Assembly: GCA_047495785.1 (NCBI GenBank)
Contig: JBLDXI010000074.1
Coordinates: 124,001 to 188,000, forward strand
From: Lepidodermella squamata
Taxonomy: Eukaryota; Animalia; Gastrotricha
Direction of reading: 5' to 3'
Length of the DNA: 64,000 nucleotides
Made by a program: the position numbers and the translations under genes
Notes under the pieces: generated by a model
Told to the model about the DNA's origin: nothing
What the model saw: the letters and a program-made list of their open reading frames with translations, nothing else
The model's database searches: none
In this document: positions 23,152 through 36,246 of the stretch, in pieces
Numbering within the stretch: the stretch's first letter is position 1
Layout: each line of letters begins with the position of its first letter

Positions 23152-23642
23152 TCATTTTGCGACCTTCTTAAAGACCTGTGGTAACATCGCAATGATTGAG
23201 GTAAAAAGGATGATTTGATAAGACCAAGGTTCCAACGAAGCTGAGGCGTCTGTCGAAGATTTGTAGCCAGAATTGCAGTAATCTTGAAAAAAGATATCAG
23301 TATCAGAAACTCCGCAGATCAATGATGCCATTGTCTTACCTGTCGAACAGCAAGAAATGCAGTAGGCTCCGCTAGATTCCGGACAGCCCGGAGCACAATA
23401 TCTAGCGATGACTCTGAACAAAATAAAAAATTGGTCATTTCATCTCAAAATATAAAGACTTACGCTGTTGTATCATTCACAATGGTTAATTCTGCGCAGT
23501 ATTTGTAAGCCGAAGGGCATTGCTGGGATGTCCCACCCTGTGAGACGCAATTTGTGCATTGGTAGCACAACAATGCTGAAGCTAGATGCCAACTTGAGGC
23601 CAACGCTAGCAATAATCCAGGTATAACGGCTAAATAATTCAT
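23152..23642 (-). CDS. Ly6/uPAR three-finger protein 5
   Basis: Exons 23642-23464, 23413-23340, 23282-23152; LLCYQCTNC...YCISCCSTDYCN plus hydrophobic tail. Confidence 0.88.
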
Positions 23643-25889
23643 CTGCAACAAGATATATACGAGTGGTTGCTAAGGACGCTATAAAATCGAATTTCCTTGG
23701 CAACGGTAGTTTCCTATAGTTGAAAGCATCCAATTTCAGGCTCAAGAAGGTTAAGCAATTGGGATACAGTGAATTTCGCTCCGAATGGTACCTAGCAACC
23801 ATTGGTAACTAAGGACGCTAAGTCATCAAAACAACCTTTACTGGAAATCGTTCGAACAGGACAATTTAAAAGTCAGGAAATCATAAATAGACCTGTATTT
23901 ATTTTTACCTAATGTCTCATTGCCTTATGTAAAAAACCAGCCACCATTAGCGTAGTGCTAATTAACCGATCCGTTAAAGATATGCGTGATTATCATCATA
24001 TCCATGATATATATCGCCATCGCTGCCACAATACGGCCTCGTATTGTTATTGTTATTTTTATACAAACAGGTATAATATCATTGCTGCGAGTATATGCGG
24101 ATGCTTTATTATTTGCCATCAGGGTGTAGGCTTTTGATTTTATTATCATCATCATCAGCAGCATCATATATGACATGCGCGTGTCTTCTGCGTGCGCGCG
24201 CGCTCTGCAACTAGCCACCCGCCTGCAATAAAAACGTTTTTGCGTCAATGATACCATCGCGCCTCGCGTGGTTGATGCGCCGCTTCTCAATTCCGAGCTC
24301 AAGTATACACAACTTAATATAGCTATGTTTTGTATTTCATCAATATGTTAATGGTAGATGTGTCTCGCGCTGACCGCAAACAACTGCCTTAAAAACTCGC
24401 AACTTTGCGGCTATAGACAAGGCCCTCGACTTGGTTTCAACGAGGCAAACGCCATTAGACGATCGGCTACTAGTGGTTTTTTCCTGGCACGCGCAACTTG
24501 GTCAATAAAAGGTGTGCAAAAACATTGCATTTGGCTCCGTTGTGGTACAAAGCCGAGAAAAAAACCAATGTCCATCAGTGCATTTTTTTGCTATTCAGCG
24601 GCTACTCGTCGTCACGCTAATTGAGAGTCACTGGCTCGTGTCCTTAGTACAATATATGCAGCTTGATTTCTTTCATGGGCTCTGTTAGTGTGCGCTGTGC
24701 GCCAAAAACCACTATAATTTCTTCAAATTCGGAAAAAAGGTTTATACACCGTGTACCATAAGTAACGCAAGCAAAGATGATACAGGAAAGGGGTTCAGAA
24801 ACTCTAAAATGGTGGCCGGAAATTTTTTTGTTAATTCGAAAGTCACGAGAATTCTAAGCAATTATGCCACCTTTTAATGGGTCCGGAAAAGTCCAGAAAA
24901 ATGTGGTCCACCGGGTAAAATACCGAAAATTACCGAACCAGTTGCCATCGGCGTTTTCCGGAGTTTCTTCGGTAAGTTTTTTCTTCGGTTAAACGCGTAT
25001 AAAAGGTGGAATATTCTCTCGATGGGTAATTTTTGAAAAATTGGTTGAATTTCCTACAAATATTTGCCAAATTACAAATTACAACTTCCGGAACACGCAG
25101 TACTGTTTGCTGATTTTATACGGAATAATTTCGTATAGTTTGAGTTTTTTCCGAATTTTTTCGAGAACATTTTCTATTTTAGAAAATTCATAAACCGTTT
25201 GCTTTTAAATCTAGAACGCGTTCTCAATTTTTTACCATCCCTCTGGAAATTGTCCAAACCGACCTTTTTAAATATTGCTTTGCTGTTGCTTTGCATCAAA
25301 TTATGAAATACAGCGTGGGCAATTTGCAAAAAATAACAAAAAATATACGCCAAGAGTCAAATCGCCTGATGGTATCATGAGCAGCTGGATACATTGAAGC
25401 TTGACGGTAATGTAATATTGGTTCATGAAAATGTATGTGAAACCTCACCGTCAACAGTAGGTGAATCATGAAAAATGATTGGAAATTTCCCCGACATAAA
25501 AAACACGCAAGTTTATACAGCTGCGATTTCCAATTTATTCAACTGACCAAATTTTGTTATTTTGCATAATTTTTTCTCATCCGCCAAATTTATACCATAT
25601 CAAACGGAGACGCAAATAAAGGTACAATATTATTATACGGTTATATAAATATTAATATTGCCGATTTTATAATAATAGTAATAATCAAACGATTTATATA
25701 TATAGCAAGAATTTTTACAGAAAATCAAATAATTTGATAAATAATTTCGTGAAACTTGATACACATTACGATGAATCAAACCGACCGAGGAGGAAAGAAA
25801 ACGAAAATAATCGGTGAATGAATTTTTTACAAGACGCGTTTCAACTTTTTTACAACAATTTTAATCGCAAAAAAATGACACATTTTCGC

Positions 25890-28800
25890 TCAATGGCAGC
25901 TAGTTGTCGCTGATTGCCGCGATTCTGGCCGGTTGTTCGCCTGGCCGTTGCACGAGCTGGGCGTCGTCGAAGTCGAGGCATGAGCCGCAATGCCGGGAGA
26001 CATTGATTCGGGCTTTACAATCAAATTTTTCGAGGCGCGCCTGTGATCTATGGCGACAGCGGGCGGCGGCGGTGGTGATGATTCAGAGTTCGATCGGCCG
26101 TCTGCGACGTGGTCGTCCTTGTTTGTGCTCGATGGTTCAATATCGGCGGCGCTTGACCGGCGCGAATCGCCGGCTGCGAGTTGGCGGCACTGAAGACGGT
26201 GGCGCTGCCAGTCGTGCAGTTGGCAGAACCGGCCGCAATAACGCACGTGTTCGCACGCGCTGCAACGCTCAGATGCGACCCGGCCGCAATTCGCACAGTT
26301 CTGAAATTAAAAAAAAAATTAAATTAAATAAAGAAATTTCCATCTTCTTGAAGGCAATGATTGACAAAAGAATAGTTTTAGATTCTTGTAGTTTTTTCAA
26401 ATTTTTTCGAAATTCTTAACAAATTTTTAAAAAAAAGTCATGAATATTTTTAAATTGAAAATTTTGAATTCCGCGCACTTTTTCAAATCATCTCAGAAGC
26501 TCTTCACGAGACTTCATTCTCGTAGCCTTGACCCTATCCTTAAAATGATCAGAAAATTGAAATTGAGATTTTTCTGATTATTTCGAAAAACCCAAAAAAT
26601 CCTGGAAATGTCAAAAATTCACACTCCCGCAGTTTTATGATCAGGGAATTTGCATCAAATTTATTCATTTTTTAAATAAAATCTACCGGGAGAATTCCTC
26701 ATCGGGTTTTCAGCGAATATCGCATAAATCCACATTTTATCAGGTAAAAAAATGGGAAAAACCCGATGGTTACTAGTTCGGTAAATTCTACGGTATTTTC
26801 GGTATTTTCGGTATTTTCGATATTTTCTCCAGATTTTTCAGTTTCATTAGCAAGTGTAATTTAGTGAATTTAAATTTTCAATCACGGCTTACCTCTGGCG
26901 CGTCTTCCTGCTTCGTCCAGGTCGAACTAGCCTCTTCGAAGCCACGCTGCCTAGCCTCAGCCAATTCTCTCATCATTCTCGTCCTCTCCATGGCGACCAT
27001 CTCCCTCGCTTTCGTCTCAGCCGCCGCAACACCGCGCTGCAGTTCCAAACACGCCTGTCGCTTAATTTCATTAACCGCCTCCTCCGCCCGTCGCCGGATC
27101 TCCTCAACCTCCTGCGACGCGCCGGCCACCCCCAGCCTCGCCCCAGCAATTCGGGCCTGGAGTTCACGCTCTCGAAGGGCGACGGCCGACCGGCGGCAAG
27201 TCAACGCCGCATCGGCCAGTGACGACAGTTGCTGATCCAAAAGTCGCCACATCTCCTCATTCGCGCCAGGCTCAGCCATGGCGGCGTTATTTTGACCTAG
27301 ATTCGAGACAGAGGTCAACGGGGGCGGTTGTTGCGGCTGTTGGGGCCAGGCGACGTCAAGGCCGGGTGTCTTCGGGATCGGCTGGATCACCCCGGGCGTC
27401 CCTGAGTTCGGGTTCATCTGCCCCTTGTTGACAGGGGTGCTGTGGGTGGGCGCCCGGTTGCTGATCGGGCTGCGTGACCTGACCCTTTTATTAGGGGGCG
27501 ACGACCGCGACGAGTTGAGGCTCACGTTATCCGGGCTCTTCTCGCGCAGACGCTGGAGTCGCTGGTGCTGGGCGAAGGGTGACATGTCGAAGGGTGACTC
27601 GGGTGGTTCGGCGGGTGACGGGTCGCCCGGAATGGGTGACGACGTGGCTTTATTGACCGGGCTGCTTGTAGGTAACGGGGCGTAGACGAGGGATTCGTTT
27701 GACATGAGGAATTGTTGCGGCGTCTGGCGGGCCAGCCGGGCGCAGTGAGCAAGTTCGCGCTGGAGCAGCGGCAGGTTCGCCTTCAGGAAAGGAATGACAA
27801 ATGGGCGCAGTGGGTAACCCGTCAGTTCTTGCAGCTTCGAGTGGAACTCTTCGACATTGATCAAATTATTCTGTGAATGAAAAAGTTCGTTGTAAATGAC
27901 ATGACGAAATTAAAATTAATTTGGATTAAATAGCTGTTACGCGTAATTTCCAGAATTTGACCTTAATTGGGACTTTCACATACACACACGAATTTTTCTC
28001 GCAGTTTGGGTTAACGCAAGAAAGTTTACTCTCATGAAGAAAAAATTCGAACTCGGAAACTGAATCTGAAACCCATTTAACCTTTTTTTAATCTAAAATC
28101 ATTCGTAGAAATCATTTATATTTTGGAAATTCTCAATTTTATTTAATAATGAAATGGAAAAATTGAGAATAAATATTTCTGAGGTTCTATTAAATTCCCA
28201 AGAAAAATGGTTAATATTTGAAAAAAAATTAAAATCGCAATTTTGAAATGTAATTATTTGAAAAACTTACAACAAGAGCGAGGATGAGCAGGCGAACGCG
28301 GTCGCACAACTCGGGCGCGAGGTCGCGCGCGAATTGCACGAGCGTTGTGAGGAAGCGCTTGAGCTTCGACAACTGCTTGGCGCCGCAAGCCGGCGGCAGT
28401 TGGTGCAGCGCGGCCGCTGCGGCACTGACGCCGCCGTGCGAGTGGCGCGCCGCGTGCTGGTTCGACAAGTTGACGAGCGCATCAGCAGCCACGTGGTCGA
28501 TGCTGTGGTCACCGGCGGCGCCGGCCGACGACGCGTGGTCAGGTACGAGGTTCTCGCCGGCTGCAAGCCCAGCAAGTCCGGCGATGTGCTGCGCGTGAAG
28601 TTGCGCCTGCAGGGCTTGCAGGAACGCTGCACCGCTCGACTGCTTGTTCGTCAGCGCTATCGGAGATGACGATCGTGATTCTGACATTTCAAATCAAAAC
28701 CAATCGTTAAAAATGAAAAAATCTCAAAAATCGCAAATTAATTCTTAAATTTCTAAATAAAATATTAGAAATATTATTTTTCATTAATTATAATCGATAG

Positions 28801-31523
28801 GCAAGGTAAAAATAATAAATTAGTCAATCAATTAATTATTTAAATATAATTTCAAAATTTAAATTTTTGAAAATTTGCAAAATTTCAGCATATTTTTGGC
28901 CACACTCCTAATTTTGCTGATTGGCTCTATAATTGGGCATAATATATTGTATTGGACAACAAATTATCAAAGAATTAATAAAAATTATTAAAGAGCTATA
29001 AGAAATGGAAATTGGAATTACTTCGATATTGGAAACCTTTCATCAATGAATCATCTCCAAAATTGAACACTATCTTATAAGGAAAAATTTGACAAAAATT
29101 ACGTTCTAAAATATAAGGCATGAAAAAGTTTGAAAAATGTACTGAAGTGTGACTAAAAATTGGGCTAGTTTATTGTTTTGAGGCCGGTCTAAATTGTAGG
29201 AGCAGATGGGTCGCGACGCAGGCCGGGCGGGGTGAGGCAGCAAGCTGCGCTGTGACCCGGGCGCATGTGACACACGTGTCGCGTGCAAAATGCAGTCTGT
29301 TGTCGCAAAAACAGTCGCAGCATCAGCATTGCTTACTACAGCTAACTCTATTATTATTATCGAGAGAAACTAAGGCGAACCAGCCAGGCAGCCAGCAGCT
29401 GAAAGGCGCGCGCGATTTCGATTTTCTCAAGGCGGCGCCAGATGACGGACGCGCGCGTCTCATCGCGCCCTGAAAAGTCGCGCGCGCGTTCATTCTATTA
29501 ACAGCAGCTGGGCTTCAGTAAAATTCACATTATTTTCATATAATATCATTTACAACAGCAACTAGCGATTAACAGGCAGATGGGAGAAGCGAGCGATAAT
29601 TGACGACAAGCGCGACGGCGAAAAATAATCGAATTTTGTAGCCACGACATAATTTTGTGGCAATTATTTATATTTATTATAAAGTATAACGTGGCCTAGT
29701 TTTAAGGCGGCAGATGGCACGGACGTCGGCGCCTCGCGTTTTATGGCCTCGCTCTGGCGACTCAAGTGTCACGACACGTCGCACCTGGCAGCGCATCACC
29801 TGCGGCTATTACTCAGACTTCAAACGCGCCGGCCGCTGCGGCTAATTATTGTTGCTGCTGTTTATTACCAAATTTGATCCCACGAAACACGCGTAATTGG
29901 CTTGTTTGCCGCGCTAAATACTTGTAGAACTTGCTGAAAACAGGGTGTTTGAACTTTGGATGCGCGAACTAAGCGCGAGTTATATGATGTTGTTTGACCA
30001 GGCGCCGCGCGGCGGCTGTGATGACACCGCGCGCGCAACAAGAAGCGCCCGCCTACTATAAATAATAGCCGCAATATTGACAAATAGACAAATAAAATGC
30101 GCTAATTAAGGGCGGATGCGCGCAGGTGATACTCGCCGCCTCGCGGCCTTTTTACCAGCTGCTCGTCGTGTACATGTTCAATGTGACTTTTTCATAAACA
30201 CGACTCGATGCGGGGTTCGTGCAAGTACGAGACAAATTACTCATGCCACTTGGCAAATTGTAGCTATTTTTGCTTGTAATCGGCAAAAAATTGTCAGTTG
30301 CGCATTAAATTGCTCAGGAAACCTAAAATGATATAGAGATCTCGGTGAGCTTTTTTAATAGCAATAAAATAATTGCTTCAAAAATAAATTAATGTAGGAA
30401 AATAACGAGCCAATATTCAGCATCGATTTTCCAAGTAGCTGATTCAGAACTTGGGACAGCTCTAAGATGAGTGCATTTTAAGAGTTTAATTAAAGCAAAC
30501 AAATACGGGTAACGGAGTAAAAGATGGTTAGCTCAAATAAAAATTGTCATCCCCAATGTGCACTAGGCTGTAATAAAATGACGATAAACTAATGAAGCAA
30601 ATAAACTAACGGCAATACTAAAATTTAACCTGGTTTATTTTAACTCCTAACGTTTTCATGACCCCATAAAATTGCTCATAGGATCATTTTTTAGCTACCC
30701 ATTTATTATAGGTAACACATTAAAATTGCACAATTGACTGAAATATGGGTCAAGTATCTAATTAGATAGCTCATCGAATATTTTATATTTTAATAGAATA
30801 TGGATCATCAGCCTTGTCTAGCAATAGCCCAAATTAACTGAAAATGTTCACTTGAAAACCAGAGGGTACAATTATGCGAGTGCTAAAACCCACCAAGGTG
30901 AACGCGACATTACAGGTGCGCCCTATATCGACCACTTTTTCACCTGCCAGCGGACCGGGTTCGCATTTTTGCGGGTATATTTTCGATAAACATGCGTGAT
31001 ATGAGCGCAAGTATAACAGTGGCGTATATAGGTCGTTTGCGGCGAGACAGTATAACTCGACGGTGTGTCGTTATACTATGGCATGGGATCGCAGGCGATT
31101 TTTTCCCAGAGTGATGTGCTCGTTTTTAGTTTTTACGACATGACATGTGCGCAGTCGCCACTTGAAGGCGGCAGCGTTTTTATGAGGCGCAGTTGCCGCT
31201 TTCCCAGTCTCACGAGTCACTCGAATTGAGGCGTGAGAACGCGCATGTGGCTTATCGCGCGCGCAATTTTTAAATTGACGCGATAAATTTAGAAGGGCTA
31301 ATTATATCATTACTATATATTATATTATTATTATCATTATAATGTGCAACCAACCCTCTTGTTCGAGTTGTTGTTGTTGTTGTTGTTGACTTGTGGTTGG
31401 CACGGCTGAAGAACGAGGCGAAACAGGTGCGGCAGCGGCGGCGGCCGATTCGATTTTCAGAAGCCCGGCGTTATCGGCGCCGGTTACACGACCGGCCTTT
31501 TTCGGCGGCAGTTTGCTTTTCAT
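25890..31523 (-). CDS. nvy: MTG8/ETO/CBFA2T-family corepressor (nervy orthologue)
   Basis: Exons 31523-31355 (tentative, weak GTTGGT donor), 28680-28271, 27870-26893, 26300-25890. NHR1/TAFH ([40 protein letters not shown]), NHR3 ([12 protein letters not shown]) and MYND finger (CANCGR...CSAC...[14 protein letters not shown]). Confidence 0.92.
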
Positions 31524-34130
31524 TGTTTACACAGCCAAATTTACTCTTCACTCAGCGTTAAAATGTGTCTAATCGCTGCTGGTTAAAAATATAAGAAATA
31601 AAGATAAAGATTTCGTGGCTGAAACTATTGGAAACGGATGCGATGTAAATAATCACTAGTTCCAAGAGAAGATAATACAAAAATTGTAATGCAAAAATTG
31701 ATGTGAAATAAGTTGAAATTTAAAACTGATTGCATTTGCCTAAGGTTACAACATTCTACTGGTTATTGGGGTTGTCGATAAAATAAAAAATACCAAACTT
31801 TGGCAGTTATCACGCCCATCTTCTTCGAAAAGTTGGAAACGATCGAAATCCCAGAATACGAAGGAGCTATGGTTTCACCTTAGCATTCAATTCTACTGGA
31901 TATCCTTGCAGTGGGGCATTGCATTCTCAGGTCCGGCACTATATTGGTATATCCACCTTGAAAATAAGTTTCCTTCACTAACCTCAGCATTTCAGCATTT
32001 TAGCAATTTTGTAAGTTAGGGGTTCAAGCACCTTTAGAAGAGGTACGGTTTCGAAGAAATAACCACAAATCATTTGCTTCCAATTTCGAATGATGGCCTC
32101 CAATTTCGAAGATAACCTATAGTCAAGGAAGGCGAACATTCGATGAGTAAATTTCCTTCCAAAAATTTGATTACTTTCAGTGAAGCAAACAATTCAACAA
32201 ATTTCGCATTTATTCAAGCTAATTTTAAGGTGGAAAATTGTATTTAAATAGCAATTTTGGCTGATTCCTAACGATTATAACTAGGGCGATGGTCAATCTA
32301 GCTCATCGGGTGAGCTTGTTATATCCCAAAAGTTAGTTCGGATTTTAAGGCGTTGACATTTTTTTGGGAAAGGTTGAGAACCTGGAATGATTCGCATTTT
32401 TCGGACAAATGGCTGTCTGGGAGCAATCTCCGCCAGATCGCCGCATCTGCCCGAAAAATGTGCCGCGCGCCTTTATGCTCATTAATAGCAGATGTCGGAG
32501 TGGTGGATAGGTATATTTAGAAGTATAATAAGTAGAATCTGCCCACAGCTGGCGCTGTTTATAGCACCGCGAAAACCAACTCCAGCCCGCACGGGTAAAA
32601 TTCACGATTGGAAAGTTGTAGAATTAGAGGAAGAATACCTAAGTAAAACACTAGCGTGATGTTTTAGTTATATTGCAAGGTAGCACCAGCAGTTGTTAGA
32701 ACCCGGCGCCAGGCTTTTTACTTACCTACCTGAGCGCGATCATCATCATGATTGAAAAGAAGCCGGAGAGTCACGCGCGCGCGTTTTTTTTATTGCCTGA
32801 TATATCCTTAAGCCACTATAATTGGAAACGCCCGCAAATAACGCACCGGGCTTGCGATGAATATTACGGCGGCAGATGTACGAACAGCAGCTACCCACCT
32901 GTTCACAACAACGCAACATGCCCTGTATTTTTCGACGCGCTTATCGCTCGCGTACACAGGTAAACAACACAAGCGCGCAATAAAATATTGCCAAATTAAG
33001 CATTTTTCATTTCATCCGCGCTGCCGCCAAAAGCAATACGCCGCAGTCGGATGATGATAATGCTTATTACATGCCAGCCAAAAAATGTTCACTATGGCCT
33101 GACACATTTCACGCGAGCGCTGTGGGAAACAGAACAAGACAAATGATGCACGCGCAATATGTCCTACATTATATGAGAGCGCATCAGACGAATGAGCGGC
33201 GCCAGGTGTGCCCGGGACCTTAATGCGCGTGAACCGCTTGTACGCATCTTTCACCTGTTGCTGTCATATCCGCGAAAAATTGAGCATAACCGGATGGAAA
33301 AAAACCCGGCATTAGTGCGCAGTGGAAATATCTAGTAACGTCGTTATAAGTATGCCTACCAATTACTAGATTGCACTGATTACTCGACGTTTTGCGCTTG
33401 CGGCAGTAATAGTTCGGCAAACTAAGTTTTACCTAAAAACGCATAGGTAAGGATAATAACCCTGAATACTACCCCATTCTGAACGCTAAGGATATGAGCA
33501 AGAAATGACAATTGAAGGGTAGAGATTATGAAAGGAGCTTAGTTCGCAAAACTCCCGAATTTATAATATAATGACTGAGATCCTGAAAACGTTCCTGGAG
33601 CTTTGAAGCTTCGAAGGATCGTAATCAGCCGTATCGCCTTGCAGCGTTCAATTTAAACTAGATTCTTTTGGAATGAAGTTGAAAATATTATTTAGAAATG
33701 ACCATTTTTTGGTGTGGCAGCAGTGGGAATTTCATCATCGAATCCGACTTCAACAGATTGAAGAGATATGACCCATGATGACCTTTGCTCAAGGATTTGA
33801 CGTAGAGCCCGGATTAGTTATCCGATTGTCTGTTGTCCCAGGACAAGATTTTCTGATCTCTCAGAAAAAAAACGAAGTGATGATGTTTTGTTTTGATTGA
33901 ACAACTCATCTGACGTGTTGTTTTTTCGCCTGATGGCAACGCCGCCTGATGCCCCGCAGCTGTGCGAGATCGAGAACGGACGCGGCTCACTTTAACAAAC
34001 ACACACGAGCGCGTGCGCATCTGGCGCCAGCAACATCTGCACCCACTGACTCAACTTCTGCTCGCTGGAAATAGTAAAATTATTATTTCACGTTGCCGGC
34101 CGGCCGGCTCTGTATCAGCCGCCGCGCCCA

Positions 34131-35210
34131 AAAAGCAGACATGGCCATCTGGAAAATATAATATCGACGAAAAATCTTGTTTTCTCCCCGCGCGATCACC
34201 TGCGTTTTGTAAGTATCGAGTCCTGAAAAGGACTGGTTTTCCTAATACCAGATTTTATTTTCTCTCATCAATAAAACAACAAAACAAAGACTAGGTGTAA
34301 AAAATATACAAGTGGCGCAGGTAAGCCAAAGACTAACATCGTTTTGAGGTAAATCAATTTCTTCGCATTTAGATTTTGCATAACACGAGAATTATAGTCC
34401 TCAAATACGATCAGTCTCCAGAAAAACAGTCATTTTAGTATAGCTAACTTGTATCTTGATTCCAAGTCGTTGTAAAGCACAAGCACCAAGGACATTCAAA
34501 CCCTTGAAATGACTGCTTGGTAGAGTCAAGCTGACTGCGACGCCATCTGTTCCATGAAGCGACAAAGCAGTTGTCGGAGGAATTAAGTCAGCTTTGAATA
34601 CCGACTCACTCAGGTAAGTATTAGGAGAGCATGTGTCTATTATGAAGAAAACATTAACGGGCTTCTTCTTCAGTTTGACAACCAAAGGAACTATTGCTCG
34701 GAGATTATTACCGAATAATATTCCAGAAACAGGAAACACAGGTGGCTTCCGTCAAATATCCAATTTCAAATACCTGGCAACACCTAACTTCAAATCATCT
34801 TCGGACAGGTCGGTCAGAAATATGTCTTCTAACTCGGATCAATATAATCAGGACTGTCCATCAGCATAACGTCTTTACGTCCTGATGACAAATAGGCAAT
34901 GCGTATCGGCTTCACAATTCGCTTTGGCGTTCCAATAGGAGACAACTTTGAACATATCGATTGCGACAGATTTTTAGCGAGCGAAAACATATCTAGAAAT
35001 AAAAATGTAGTAAACATATGAAATAAAAAAGCAGACATGGTCATCTGGAAAATAAAATATCGACGAAAAATCTTGCTTCCTCCCCGCTCGATCACCTATG
35101 TTTTGTATCAAGCCCTGAAAAGGACTGGTTTTTCCTAATACCAGATTTTATTCTCTTTCATCATCATATTCTTTCATCTCTCAATATTTTAAACAATAAA
35201 ACGAAGACTC
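34131..35210. repeat. Pair of imperfect direct repeats (34131-34293 and 35027-35210) flanking the protease-like pseudogene
   Basis: Both begin AAAAGCAGACATGG(C/T)CATCTGGAAAAT and share CCTGAAAAGGACTGGTTTT...CCTAATACCAGATTTTATT. Confidence 0.9.
34401..34868 (-). pseudogene. Clan-AA-like aspartic-protease-fold ORF with a disrupted 5' part
   Basis: VFFIIDTCSPNTYLSE and NVLG motifs; upstream MLMDSPDYIDPS and EDIFLTDLSEDDL segments are separated from it by a frameshift and a stop. Confidence 0.6.
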
Positions 35211-36246
35211 AGTTCTACCATAATACTATCGGTTTTTACACCAAAAAGGCGACGTCAATAGGGAAATGAAGAAATTGAGTAATTGCTTGCTACCGCGGGG
35301 AAAAAGACTATCAAAATTGCGGCGAGAGACGCAAACAATAACAAAGGGCAAGTTGCACAGAAACAGTCGATCAATCAATCAATTCTCCCTCACAGCTACC
35401 TATTTACAAATAGCGTAAATAACACGCGAGAGGCAAGCACAACAGCTCGAAGAGTAGAAAACAGGGGGAGAAACCATTTTTGTCTCGAGTACACTAATTT
35501 TTGCATTTTTTCTAAGAAAAACTGACTATAATTTTTGTTTACAGACAACAACGAACAGAAAGAAAGAAAACAGATCCGCAACCTCTCAAGGTGGGAATGT
35601 GCGTCGTTATATATATATATTAAGTAAGCCAGAAAAAATAAAGTGCTCATTCTATCACATATTTTAGAGCTGAAATATTGATTCAAATTCGGAAAAAGAA
35701 GTCAATCAATAATACATGTAAAGATCGAGTCAGAAAATGGGATGGTGTTGTTTAAGAAATGAGATTATATGAGCAATCTTTGGTTGATTTCGCTTCCACC
35801 ATAATAATATTGCAGCAACAGCCCAGGATCCCATGAGAACAAAATCATGAGTTATCAAGTTTTGAACTTTCAGCTATAATATATAAGGAAGGTAGATATT
35901 TAATAATATTAGCAAAAAACAGCGACCAATACAGGAGAGATCGGAGATAGTCGAATCGCTAATAAGAGATTGTTGCGTAATAAGTGGTCAGTTGTAATTT
36001 TTTCAGAAAAAACAACCACAATTTTCTAGATCGTGCGTAGAAAATAGCGCAGAAAAGAAGAAAAAGAAGCAGATCGATTAAAAATAGAAAAAATGCTGCG
36101 AATCAGCCAGTCGAAGAAAACGGCACAGTATAATATTTTCCATATATTGACGGGACTTTCCAATTTAGTTCATACTGATTCATCAGATCACAATAAATTA
36201 TTAAAGTTAACAGCTCATTTTGTTTCAGATCACATTGTTTTATTGT

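Noticed and set aside
24915-26830. Inverted similarity between about 24917-24960 and 26755-26800
   Set aside because: Short and degenerate; more likely two dispersed repeat relics than the ends of one element around the nervy last exon.
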